Positions 56,049 through 64,000 of a stretch of DNA of 64,000 nt are shown here, in pieces. A program made the translations under genes and the position numbers. The stretch's first letter is position 1. The number at the start of each line of letters is the position of its first letter. The notes beneath the pieces were generated by a model. That model was not told the origin of the DNA. It saw only the letters and a list, made by a program, of their open reading frames with translations, and ran no database searches. The stretch lies in NCBI GenBank assembly GCA_963780225.1, contig CAWAAX010000026.1, positions 13,403-77,402 of the forward strand, written 5' to 3'. Source of the stretch: an uncultured bacterium. Lineage in GTDB: Bacteria > Edwardsbacteria > AC1 > EtOH8.

Positions 56049-56561
56049 ATGAAAAAGCATAGTGGGATGAGACCCCATGACATTGTAGTATTACTAAAAA
56101 TATCCTCAAAAAAAGAACAACCATGGCTGATGAAAGATTTGGCCATGGAGCTTGATATTAGCGCTAGCGAAGTAAGCGAAAGCCTTAATCGTTCCATGTT
56201 GGCGGGATTGCTGGCCTCCGATAAGAAAAAAATAATGCAGTCCGCCTTGCTGGAGTTCTTAAAATACGGTATTCGTTATGTATATCCGCAAAAACCAGGT
56301 TCAATAGTAAGAGGTGTTCCAACGGCACTTTCATATTTGCCATTGAAAAAGTATATCATTAGCAATGATGCATTTGTTTGGGCGTATGCAGAAGGTAACG
56401 TAAGGGGGCAAAGTATTGAACCCTTGCATCCATCAGTACCCAAAGCATGTATGCGGGATAATAAATTGCATGAGCTTTTAGCACTTGTAGATGCTCTGCG
56501 CGTGGGTAAAATCCGGGAGCAAAATATTGCTATTGAGGAACTTGAAAGAAGACTTTTGTGA
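56049..56561 (+). CDS. Hypothetical winged-helix-like protein (possible AbiEi-like antitoxin); low GC
   Basis: It overlaps the downstream nucleotidyltransferase gene by 4 bp and is about 38% GC. Confidence 0.3.
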   Translation: MKKHSGMRPHDIVVLLKISSKKEQPWLMKDLAMELDISASEVSESLNRSMLAGLLASDKKKIMQSALLEFLKYGIRYVYPQKPGSIVRGVPTALSYLPLKKYIISNDAFVWAYAEGNVRGQSIEPLHPSVPKACMRDNKLHELLALVDALRVGKIREQNIAIEELERRLL

Positions 56562-57259
56562 TAAATAAAAGTAGTAATCTAAAAGCAATTGTTAAAATCG
56601 CAGAAGCGCTCGAAGAGTTAAAGGAAGAAGTAGTATTTGTTGGTGGGGCTGTCGTTGGTCTGTATGCTAACGATTCTGCAGCTGAAGATGTTAGACCAAC
56701 AAAAGATGTTGATATTATTGTGCATATCGTTTCTACTGTTGAATTGGAGAAGCTTAGATTGAAGCTTGTGGGAAAAGGCTTTAAACAAAGTCCTGAAGAA
56801 AAGGTTATTTGTCGGTTTTTATACCAAGGCATTAAATTGGATGTAATGAGCACTAAGGAAGTGGGGTGGGCACCTTCTAATTCATGGTTTGGTCCTGGTT
56901 TTAAACATTTAGAAAACCATAAAATTGGTGCTATAACCGTTAATCTATTACCATTGTCTTATTATTTAGCGACGAAATTTGCAGCTTTTCATGATAGAGT
57001 TGGTACTGACCCTCGCTTTAGCAAGGACTTTGAAGACATAACATATTTACTAGACAATAGGACTGATTTAGTTGAATCATTAACACGTGCGCCCGAAGAT
57101 GTAAAAAAATATTTGCATGTTGAATTTAAAAGAATACTATCAGATAAAATCCTGCAAGAAGCACTTATGGCAAATATGAGTCACCTAATACAAACAAAAC
57201 GTTATAAAATGGTAGAGTCAAAGTTAAAGGAAATTGTAAAGGATTTTAAACAAGGTTAA
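56558..57259 (+). CDS. Pol-beta-superfamily nucleotidyltransferase (AbiEii/MNT-like); low GC
   Basis: FVGGAVVGLY...RPTKDVDIIV matches hG[GS]...DhD. About 36% GC. Confidence 0.45.
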   Translation: MINKSSNLKAIVKIAEALEELKEEVVFVGGAVVGLYANDSAAEDVRPTKDVDIIVHIVSTVELEKLRLKLVGKGFKQSPEEKVICRFLYQGIKLDVMSTKEVGWAPSNSWFGPGFKHLENHKIGAITVNLLPLSYYLATKFAAFHDRVGTDPRFSKDFEDITYLLDNRTDLVESLTRAPEDVKKYLHVEFKRILSDKILQEALMANMSHLIQTKRYKMVESKLKEIVKDFKQG

Positions 57260-57282
57260 TATTACCTTAGGAGCAAAATCAA

Positions 57283-59094
57283 TTGTCCCAAGATCACATC
57301 CGTAATTTCTGCATCATCGCCCATATAGACCACGGGAAATCCACCCTGGCCGACCGCCTGCTGGAGGTCACCGGCACCATCATGAAGAAGGACATGCAGG
57401 AGCAGGTGCTGGACAGCATGGACCTGGAGCGGGAGCGGGGCATCACCATCAAGATGCATCCCATCCGGATGAACTACCGGGCCAAATCCGGGGAAGAATA
57501 CGTCTTTAACCTGATAGACACCCCGGGCCACGTGGACTTCGGCTACGAGGTCTCCCGTTCGCTGGCCGCCTGCGAGGGCGCCATCCTGGTGGTTGACGCC
57601 ACCCAGGGGGTGGAGGCCCAGACTGTGGCCAACCTTTACCAGGCGGTCAATCACAACCTGACCATCATTCCGGTGATCAACAAGATAGACCTGCCCTCGG
57701 CCGAGGTGGAAAGATGCCGGGTCCAGATAGTGGAGCTTTTGGGCTGTGACCCCTCCGAGATCATTCTGGCCAGCGCCAAGACCGGCCAGGGCATTCAGGA
57801 ACTGCTGGAGGAGATCATCGTCCGGGTGCCGGCGCCCAAGGGCCAGGCCCTGGCCCCGCTCAAGGCCCTGATCTTCGACTGCATCTTCGACGTCTACCGG
57901 GGCGCGGTGCCCTACATCCGGATCGTGGAGGGCCGGCTGGAAAAGGGGATGCGGATCAGGCTTTTCTCCAATCAAAAAGAATTCGAGGTCACCGAGGTGG
58001 GCACCCTGGGAATGGGGATGCACCCCAAGGCTTCGCTGGAACAGGGCGAGGTGGGCTACGTGGTGGGCGGGATCAAGACCGTCTCCGAAGCCCGGGTGGG
58101 CGACACCGTCACCGACGCCCGGAACCCGGCCCCGGAGGCCCTGCCGGGCTACAAGCAGGTGAAGCCAATGGTCTACGCCGGGCTGTACCCCACCGAGAAC
58201 CAGCAGTATCCCGACCTGCGGGTGGCTTTGGAAAAACTGGTCTTGAACGACTCAGCCCTGCATTACCAGCCCGAGACCTCCAGCGCATTGGGCTTCGGCT
58301 TCCGCTGCGGGTTTTTGGGAATGCTCCACATGGAGATAGTCCAGGAGCGGCTGGAGCGGGAATACAACCTGTCGTTGATCAACACCGTGCCCAACGTGGA
58401 ATACCGGGTGATCCAGACCGACGGCCAGGTGCTGGTGATAGACAACCCCTCGGACCTGCCCAACGAGGTCAAGGTGGAGCAGATCGAGGAGCCGTTCGTC
58501 AACGCCGAGATAGTGGTGCCGGCAGAGTTCATCGGCAACATAATGAAGCTGGGCCAGGACCGGCGGGGCATCTACCAGAAGCTGGAATACCTGGACCCCA
58601 CCCGGGCTTTGCTGTTCTACCAGTTCCCGTTGTCCGAGATCATCTTCGATTTTTACGACAAGCTGAAGAGCCTGTCCAAGGGCTATGCCTCGCTGGATTA
58701 TGAGTTCCTGGAATACCGCCAGTCCGACCTGGTGAAGCTGGACATCCTGATCAACGGCGACCCGCTGGACGCGCTCTCCGCCATCATCCACAAGGACCAC
58801 GCCCAGGAGTGGGGCAAGCGCCTGGCGGTGAAGCTGCGCAAGATCATCCACCGCCAGCAGTACGAGGTGGCCATCCAGGCGGCCATCGGCAGCCGGATCA
58901 TCGCCCGGGAGAGCGTCAAGCCCTACCGCAAGAACGTGATCGCCAAGTGCTACGGCGGCGACATCAGCCGCAAGCGCAAATTGCTGGAGAAGCAGAAGGA
59001 GGGCAAGAAGCGGATGAAGCAGGTGGGCAACGTGGAGATCCCGCAGGAGGCTTTCTTGGCGGTGCTCAAAGTGGGGGATGAGGAGAGCGAATAG
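57283..59094 (+). CDS. lepA: Elongation factor 4
   Basis: [32 protein letters not shown] and the LepA-specific C-terminus. 603 aa. Confidence 0.9.
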   Translation: MSQDHIRNFCIIAHIDHGKSTLADRLLEVTGTIMKKDMQEQVLDSMDLERERGITIKMHPIRMNYRAKSGEEYVFNLIDTPGHVDFGYEVSRSLAACEGAILVVDATQGVEAQTVANLYQAVNHNLTIIPVINKIDLPSAEVERCRVQIVELLGCDPSEIILASAKTGQGIQELLEEIIVRVPAPKGQALAPLKALIFDCIFDVYRGAVPYIRIVEGRLEKGMRIRLFSNQKEFEVTEVGTLGMGMHPKASLEQGEVGYVVGGIKTVSEARVGDTVTDARNPAPEALPGYKQVKPMVYAGLYPTENQQYPDLRVALEKLVLNDSALHYQPETSSALGFGFRCGFLGMLHMEIVQERLEREYNLSLINTVPNVEYRVIQTDGQVLVIDNPSDLPNEVKVEQIEEPFVNAEIVVPAEFIGNIMKLGQDRRGIYQKLEYLDPTRALLFYQFPLSEIIFDFYDKLKSLSKGYASLDYEFLEYRQSDLVKLDILINGDPLDALSAIIHKDHAQEWGKRLAVKLRKIIHRQQYEVAIQAAIGSRIIARESVKPYRKNVIAKCYGGDISRKRKLLEKQKEGKKRMKQVGNVEIPQEAFLAVLKVGDEESE

Positions 59095-59256
59095 ATGCCA
59101 TTGCAAATCAATGGAAATTCTAAATATCAATATCGAAACTCTAAACAAACTCAAAATCATCAAATCTCAAATACTTCAAACTGTTTAGTGATTTAAACAT
59201 TTGAAATTAGTATTTGTTTAGGTTTTAGAGTTTTGAGTTTAGAAATTTGCAAAATT

Positions 59257-59550
59257 ATGTTCCAAAATTTGTTCTCCGACAAGTTCAAGCTGGCCTTTCT
59301 TGTGGCCGCGGTACTGCTGGCCTGGGTGGCGGTGCTGGAGTTCATGTTCATCACCCAGCAATCTATGGATATAGAAAGGCTGAAGACCAGGAACGGCGAA
59401 CTGGAGTCCGACCTGGCCGGGCTGGCGGCCCTGGTGCCCAATAAACTGACCAAGGCCGAGGCCGAAAAGCAGGGATTCAAGAACATCTTCATCATGTACA
59501 ACGACGAGGGCCGGGCGGTGGAAGTGAAGTTTGACAGGAACAAGTTTTAG
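59257..59550 (+). CDS. Small membrane coiled-coil protein (FtsB/DivIC-like?)
   Basis: A TM helix (LAFLVAAVLLAWVAVLEFMFI) followed by a short coiled coil. Weak assignment. Confidence 0.3.
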   Translation: MFQNLFSDKFKLAFLVAAVLLAWVAVLEFMFITQQSMDIERLKTRNGELESDLAGLAALVPNKLTKAEAEKQGFKNIFIMYNDEGRAVEVKFDRNKF

Positions 59551-59608
59551 GAACAAAATAGTCAGGGCATCCGTAGTATACTAATCAAAGATAACAGGGG
59601 ATCCCTCT

Positions 59609-60901
59609 TTGAACGCTGCAAATAACGCCACTACCTTGATAAGAGAAGGCAGACTTTTTAACACGTTAAAGAAGTATTCGCAAGCTAAAACGTGCTTTAT
59701 AAAAGCTGCAGAACTGCATTACTCGTGTCATAACGATGAGAGCGCGAATTGGGCTTATGCGGCAGCTGCATATATGGCGATCATGAACAAGCAAATTGAT
59801 GAAGGTCTTGCCCTTTTGAACAAAGCCGCCCAGTTGGGTTATACAGATTTAGAGAAAATCAATGATTTGGCCAAAGTAAAGAACGGGACCAAATATTTAG
59901 GGGACCTGAAAACGTTCAGAAAAATCCACAAGAGAGTAAACTCTAACGCCAAGCCCATAGCCATTGTAAAATATGAGAATCAAAACATTGACAATTGGAA
60001 ATGGATGAGGTTTTGCGAAAAGACAGATTTGGACCGCTTCATGAAACGGTTGCCGCAGTTTAAGGCGTCAAGTGAATGGGATCTATTTATAAAGTGTCTT
60101 GATTGGGTAAATCAAAGTTTTTCCCATGACCCGGCAAACAAACCAAGTAATTCAAGTCCGGTGACCATTCTTAACGAGGCCCGGCAAAAGAAAATGTTTA
60201 CTTGCCAGGAGTATGCAATTCTTTTTGCCGCTGTAATGCAAACTCATCGCTATCCGGCACGGGTGATCGCTCTTCTGAAGGAAGATTATAGTTACGGTTC
60301 CGGAAAAGGGCATTGGGCAACGGAAGTGTGGAGCAATACACTGGATAAATGGGTGTTATTTGATCCGCAGAATAATTGTTATTGGAAAAGCGGCAAAGAA
60401 GCCTTGAATGCCATTGAAATAAGGGATTTTGTTTTAAAAAAGAAACAACGTCTTATGGCAGCTTATTCTAAAGGTAAACATTTGAGCGCCATGAAATCCT
60501 GGCTGGATCAATTCGCTGTTATTTGGTACTATAGAAATCAGAACTATTTTAAAAACTGGTCTTCTTTGTCCACGGTGGAAGAGTTGAGCAAATCCCCGGC
60601 CCTGCTTTTCCAAATGAAACCACGTTCAATGTTTAAGCAGCACACTGAACGTGATCATCTTTATCCAAAAATGAATAAAATAAACCATGAATGTCAAGTA
60701 ATCAAAGATAGGTTGTCATTCATTCTCGACAATTCATTTGCTTATTTTGAAGGTTACGAATTTAGCGTTACTGGCACATCCTGGGGAGATTGTCAAAGCA
60801 AATTATCGCTGTCTTTAAAACCGGGGAAAAACCAAATATTATTTAGGGCAAAAAATCAGGTTTCAAAACCAGTGGGTTTGTCTGTAGTTTTGGAAAAATA
60901 A
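59609..60901 (+). CDS. Transglutaminase-like cysteine-protease-domain protein with N-terminal TPR-like repeats; low GC
   Basis: Cys-His-Asp core: FTCQEYAILFAAVMQ..GHWATEVWSN..WVLFDPQNN. Confidence 0.55.
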   Translation: MNAANNATTLIREGRLFNTLKKYSQAKTCFIKAAELHYSCHNDESANWAYAAAAYMAIMNKQIDEGLALLNKAAQLGYTDLEKINDLAKVKNGTKYLGDLKTFRKIHKRVNSNAKPIAIVKYENQNIDNWKWMRFCEKTDLDRFMKRLPQFKASSEWDLFIKCLDWVNQSFSHDPANKPSNSSPVTILNEARQKKMFTCQEYAILFAAVMQTHRYPARVIALLKEDYSYGSGKGHWATEVWSNTLDKWVLFDPQNNCYWKSGKEALNAIEIRDFVLKKKQRLMAAYSKGKHLSAMKSWLDQFAVIWYYRNQNYFKNWSSLSTVEELSKSPALLFQMKPRSMFKQHTERDHLYPKMNKINHECQVIKDRLSFILDNSFAYFEGYEFSVTGTSWGDCQSKLSLSLKPGKNQILFRAKNQVSKPVGLSVVLEK

Positions 60902-60935
60902 ATTTACCAACACATAATTTCAAGCGAGCATACTA

Positions 60936-61643
60936 ATGTCCGAAAAATACACCTTCAAGAAACTCTGGCACGACTGGCTGTGGCCCCTGATCTGGGCGGT
61001 GCTGGTGGTCAAATTAGTGATCAATCCCTTCATCCTGGAAGCCTACGAAGTACCGACCGGTTCGATGGAAAACACCATCCTGCCGGGCGACCGCTTGATT
61101 GTGGAAAAATTCAGCTACGGTCTGCACATTCCCTTCACCAAGATATCCATCCTGCCCCTGACCTCGCCTAAGTCCGGTCAGGTGGTGGTCTTCAAAAGCC
61201 CGCTGGAGAAGTTGAATCTGGTTAAACGGTGCATTGCAGTGGCCGGGGACACGGTAGAGGTGAGGGACAAAAAACTTTACGTCAACGGAAAAGAGCGGCC
61301 GGAACCTTTTGTCATTCACCGGGACAGTTTTGCAGTGCCGGTGATGAACCCGCCCATGACCCAGGGGCAGTTCCAGAAGGAATGGGAACACCGTCAGCTG
61401 CTGCAGACCTACGCGGTGCGGGACAATTTCGGCCCAATAGTGGTGCCCAAGGACTGCTTCTTTATGATGGGCGACAACCGCGACGAGTCCTTCGACTCCC
61501 GCTTCTGGGGGCCGCTGCCGCGCAATCTTATCCGGGGCCGGGCCCTGTTCGTCTACTGGTCGTTCGACCGTTTTTCGGAATTGCCATTAACCAGCCTTTG
61601 GCGGCGCTTCCGGTTGCTGCGGATAGGACGGAAGCTCTGGTAG
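60936..61643 (+). CDS. lepB: Signal peptidase I
   Basis: Ser box VPTGSMENTI and Lys box ..MMGDNRDESFDSRFWGPLP.. Confidence 0.85.
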   Translation: MSEKYTFKKLWHDWLWPLIWAVLVVKLVINPFILEAYEVPTGSMENTILPGDRLIVEKFSYGLHIPFTKISILPLTSPKSGQVVVFKSPLEKLNLVKRCIAVAGDTVEVRDKKLYVNGKERPEPFVIHRDSFAVPVMNPPMTQGQFQKEWEHRQLLQTYAVRDNFGPIVVPKDCFFMMGDNRDESFDSRFWGPLPRNLIRGRALFVYWSFDRFSELPLTSLWRRFRLLRIGRKLW

Positions 61644-61804
61644 TCGGGTTACTAAAACTTTACCACGGAAGCACGGAACATCCGAATCACGGAACTAAAA
61701 TCAAATACTCTAGTTTTATTTAATCTTCATCTTTCCGTGTTTCGGTGGTTAGCTCCGGTTAATATCATTTTCATCATTCAAACAACTCCTTCTAAGGAAA
61801 CAGT

Positions 61805-62527
61805 ATGGCTGTTCGGCAAAACAACGTAAAAAAATCCTGGTACCGGGACTGGGGCGAATCCATAATCTGGGCGGTGGTGATGGCCCTGATCATCCGGGCC
61901 CTGGTCATCCAGGCCTTCAAGATCCCCTCCGGCTCCATGGAGGACACCCTGCTGGTGGGCGACTTTTTGATGGTCAACAAGTTCATCTACGGGGTGAACA
62001 TACCGTTCACCAATCAAACCATACTGCCGGGGATCAGACAGCCCAAGGCCGGGGACATCATCGTCTTCAAATACCCATTGGACAAGAGGGACTTTATCAA
62101 GCGCTGCGTGGCGGTGGAGGGCGATACGGTGGAGGTGCGGAACAAGAAGCTCTACGTCAATGGTCAAAGGCCGGACGAGCCCTATGCAGTGAACAAGGCC
62201 TGGGGGGAAAGCATTACCCTGCCCCAGATGCTGTCGGCGGAGCTCTGGCGCAATGATTATCAGCGGGACTGGGAACAGCGCAAGTTCCTGAACCTGCCGA
62301 TGCGGGATAATTTCGGCCCGGTGGTAGTGCCCAAGGACTGCGTCTTTGCCATGGGCGACAACCGGGACAATTCGCTGGACTCCCGTTTCTGGGGGCCGCT
62401 GCCCAAAAGTCTGATCCTGGGCAAGGCGGTTTTCATCTACTGGTCCTGGGATTCCGAGAACGGAGAGCCGTTCTGGAAGGTTTGGGAGAATATCAGGTTC
62501 AACCGGCTGGGCGACATGATCAGGTAA
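61805..62527 (+). CDS. lepB: Signal peptidase I, second tandem paralogue
   Basis: IPSGSMEDTL and AMGDNRDNSLDSRFWGPLP. Confidence 0.85.
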   Translation: MAVRQNNVKKSWYRDWGESIIWAVVMALIIRALVIQAFKIPSGSMEDTLLVGDFLMVNKFIYGVNIPFTNQTILPGIRQPKAGDIIVFKYPLDKRDFIKRCVAVEGDTVEVRNKKLYVNGQRPDEPYAVNKAWGESITLPQMLSAELWRNDYQRDWEQRKFLNLPMRDNFGPVVVPKDCVFAMGDNRDNSLDSRFWGPLPKSLILGKAVFIYWSWDSENGEPFWKVWENIRFNRLGDMIR

Positions 62528-62671
62528 GCGGACCGGGGTGCAATCCGCAGATTGAACAGATTTACGCAGATTATTCCATAGGACTTCTTTTATATTCATT
62601 TAGACTAACCGGGGCACTTAGGATAATTGTCTTTTGGCCGAGAATCACACAGCAACTGATGGAGACAACTG

Positions 62672-63787
62672 ATGTCCGATATTCTGGTCAAGGCCGTAGA
62701 ATCGAAAAAGGAACTGGAGCAATTCATAAAACTGCCCTGGACGATATACCGGAACGACCCCAGCTGGGTGCCGCCACTGATTGCCGAGCAGAAGAAAATG
62801 CTGGATGCCGGGCACAACCCGTTCTTTCAGCATGCCCGGGCCGCCTATTTCCTGGCCAGCCGGAACGGGGAAGTTTTGGGGCGGGTCAGCGCCCACATAG
62901 ACGACAACAGCAACAAGTTCCATAACGAGAAATGCTGCTTCTTCGGCTTCTTTGAATCGGTAGACGATCCAAACGTGGCCAAGGCTCTATTCGCCGCAGC
63001 GGAAAAATGGGCCCGGGAGAACGGCATGGAGACGGTGCGGGGGCCGTTCAATTTCACCACCAACGACACCGCAGGCCTGCTGATAGACGCCTTCGACCGC
63101 CCCCCGGTGATAGAGATGACCTACAACCCGCCGTACTATGCGGCCCTGGTCGAAGCCTGCGGGTACGCCAAGGCCATGGACCTGTTGGCATATTTCCTGG
63201 ACGTCCAGCACATCGACCGCGACAGGATCAAGATGCTGGCCCGGCGGTGCGAACAAAAGGGAATAACCTTCCGCTCCATCAATAAGAAGGCGTTCGAGCA
63301 GGAGGTCAAGATATTCAAGGAGGTCTATAACCAGGCCTGGAGCCAGAACTGGGGCTTCGTTCCGCTGACCGAGGCCGAGATCGACCATTACGCCAAAAGC
63401 TTCAAGGACATCGTGGAACCCGAGTACGTGATCTTTGCCTTTGACGGCGAGAAGCCGGTGGGATCGCTGTGGGCTTTGCCGGATTACAATCATTCCATCA
63501 AGCGGCTCAACGGCAAAATGGGCCCGCTGGAGATAATGAAATTCCTCTGGCACAACCGCAGCATCACCCATGCCCGAGTGATGACCGCCGGGGTGATAAA
63601 GGATTACCAGAAGAGGGGCATCGAGGCCGGGCTGGTAAGCCGGGTGATCGAGAACGCCGTTAAAAAGGGCACCAAGACCGGGGAGCTTTCCTGGGTGCTG
63701 GAGAACAACCTGATGATGAACCGGCTGGGCGAAGCGGTGGGGGCCAGGGTCTATAAGACCTACAGAGTGTATGAGAAAAAGATCTGA
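62672..63787 (+). CDS. Hypothetical protein (possible acyl-CoA N-acyltransferase fold)
   Basis: An intact 371-aa ORF with host-like GC. I recognise no motif with confidence. Confidence 0.35.
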   Translation: MSDILVKAVESKKELEQFIKLPWTIYRNDPSWVPPLIAEQKKMLDAGHNPFFQHARAAYFLASRNGEVLGRVSAHIDDNSNKFHNEKCCFFGFFESVDDPNVAKALFAAAEKWARENGMETVRGPFNFTTNDTAGLLIDAFDRPPVIEMTYNPPYYAALVEACGYAKAMDLLAYFLDVQHIDRDRIKMLARRCEQKGITFRSINKKAFEQEVKIFKEVYNQAWSQNWGFVPLTEAEIDHYAKSFKDIVEPEYVIFAFDGEKPVGSLWALPDYNHSIKRLNGKMGPLEIMKFLWHNRSITHARVMTAGVIKDYQKRGIEAGLVSRVIENAVKKGTKTGELSWVLENNLMMNRLGEAVGARVYKTYRVYEKKI

Positions 63788-63849
63788 AAATATTAATCAG
63801 AGTATTTTATTGATTGCATAACGTCAGGAAATAACCGAATTGACTTTAT

Positions 63850-63990
63850 AAGGAAACCCTGCCTTCGCTAAAGCTACGGCGGGCAGGCAGGAAGGCAGGA
63901 ATTAACCAGGGTTTTCTAATGGTTAGGATTCATGGTTTCATGGATTCCTAATAAAAAACAATCTATTTACTGATCCTATTAATAAAAAAA
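63850..63990. repeat. Second copy of the intergenic module seen at 44400-44540
   Basis: ..TAAGGAAACCCTGCC..GGCAGGAAGGCAGGAAT..CATGGTTTCATGGATTCCTAATAAAAAA..TATTTACTGATCCTATTAATA. Confidence 0.4.
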
Positions 63991-64000
63991 GCCGCCCCTG

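Overview
This is a high-GC (~60%) bacterial contig, probably from an uncultivated anaerobe, and is mostly coding. Reading from the start, the first 7 kb hold the 3' end of an RND efflux pump gene, a ZnuC/ZnuB-like metal ABC transporter, a disrupted gene for a secreted zinc-ribbon-repeat plus HExxH protein, a lipoprotein, two tiny lysine-rich ORFs, an AT-rich spacer with DnaA boxes, an MscS channel and a polysaccharide deacetylase. Next comes a ~22 kb Hyf-type (group 4, formate-hydrogenlyase-like) [NiFe]-hydrogenase cluster at ~8.2-30.5 kb. It has a HydB/HydG-like NAD(P)H module, a maturation protease, three NuoL/M/N-like antiporter subunits, a fused NuoCD large subunit (carrying a truncated tandem duplicate), NuoH-, NuoI- and NuoB-like subunits, a HyfE-like subunit and an FdhF-like molybdopterin protein. 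Low-GC genes sit in its intergenic spacers: three paralogous four-helix-bundle (23S rRNA-IVS/Avd-like) genes, a GxxExxY gene, a TPR protein, a cNMP-binding protein and two periplasmic substrate-binding proteins. A ~370-bp inverted repeat pair (1120-1491 and 30713-31115) brackets this whole ~29 kb block. After the hydrogenase cluster come archaeal-type gatE and gatD, split by a DUF1016/YhcG-like insertion that duplicated the gatE 3' end; the gatD 3' end and terminator are duplicated in the same way further on. Next are a c-di-GMP/cNMP signalling trio (PAS-GGDEF-EAL, GAF-HD-GYP, CHASE2-cyclase), an MFS transporter, scpA, an M23 peptidase and an ECF-like sigma factor. Next is a minus-strand leu-type operon (leuB-like, an HMG-CoA-lyase-like/CoA-transferase fusion, an orphan integrase-N-terminal-domain gene, leuC with a lysine-rich tail, leuD), then ArsR, a class I glutamine amidotransferase (GATase, C26 family) and a low-GC AbiE-like pair. 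The window ends with lepA, two tandem lepB genes and a few hypothetical proteins. Short hairpin-forming intergenic repeat families are common throughout.
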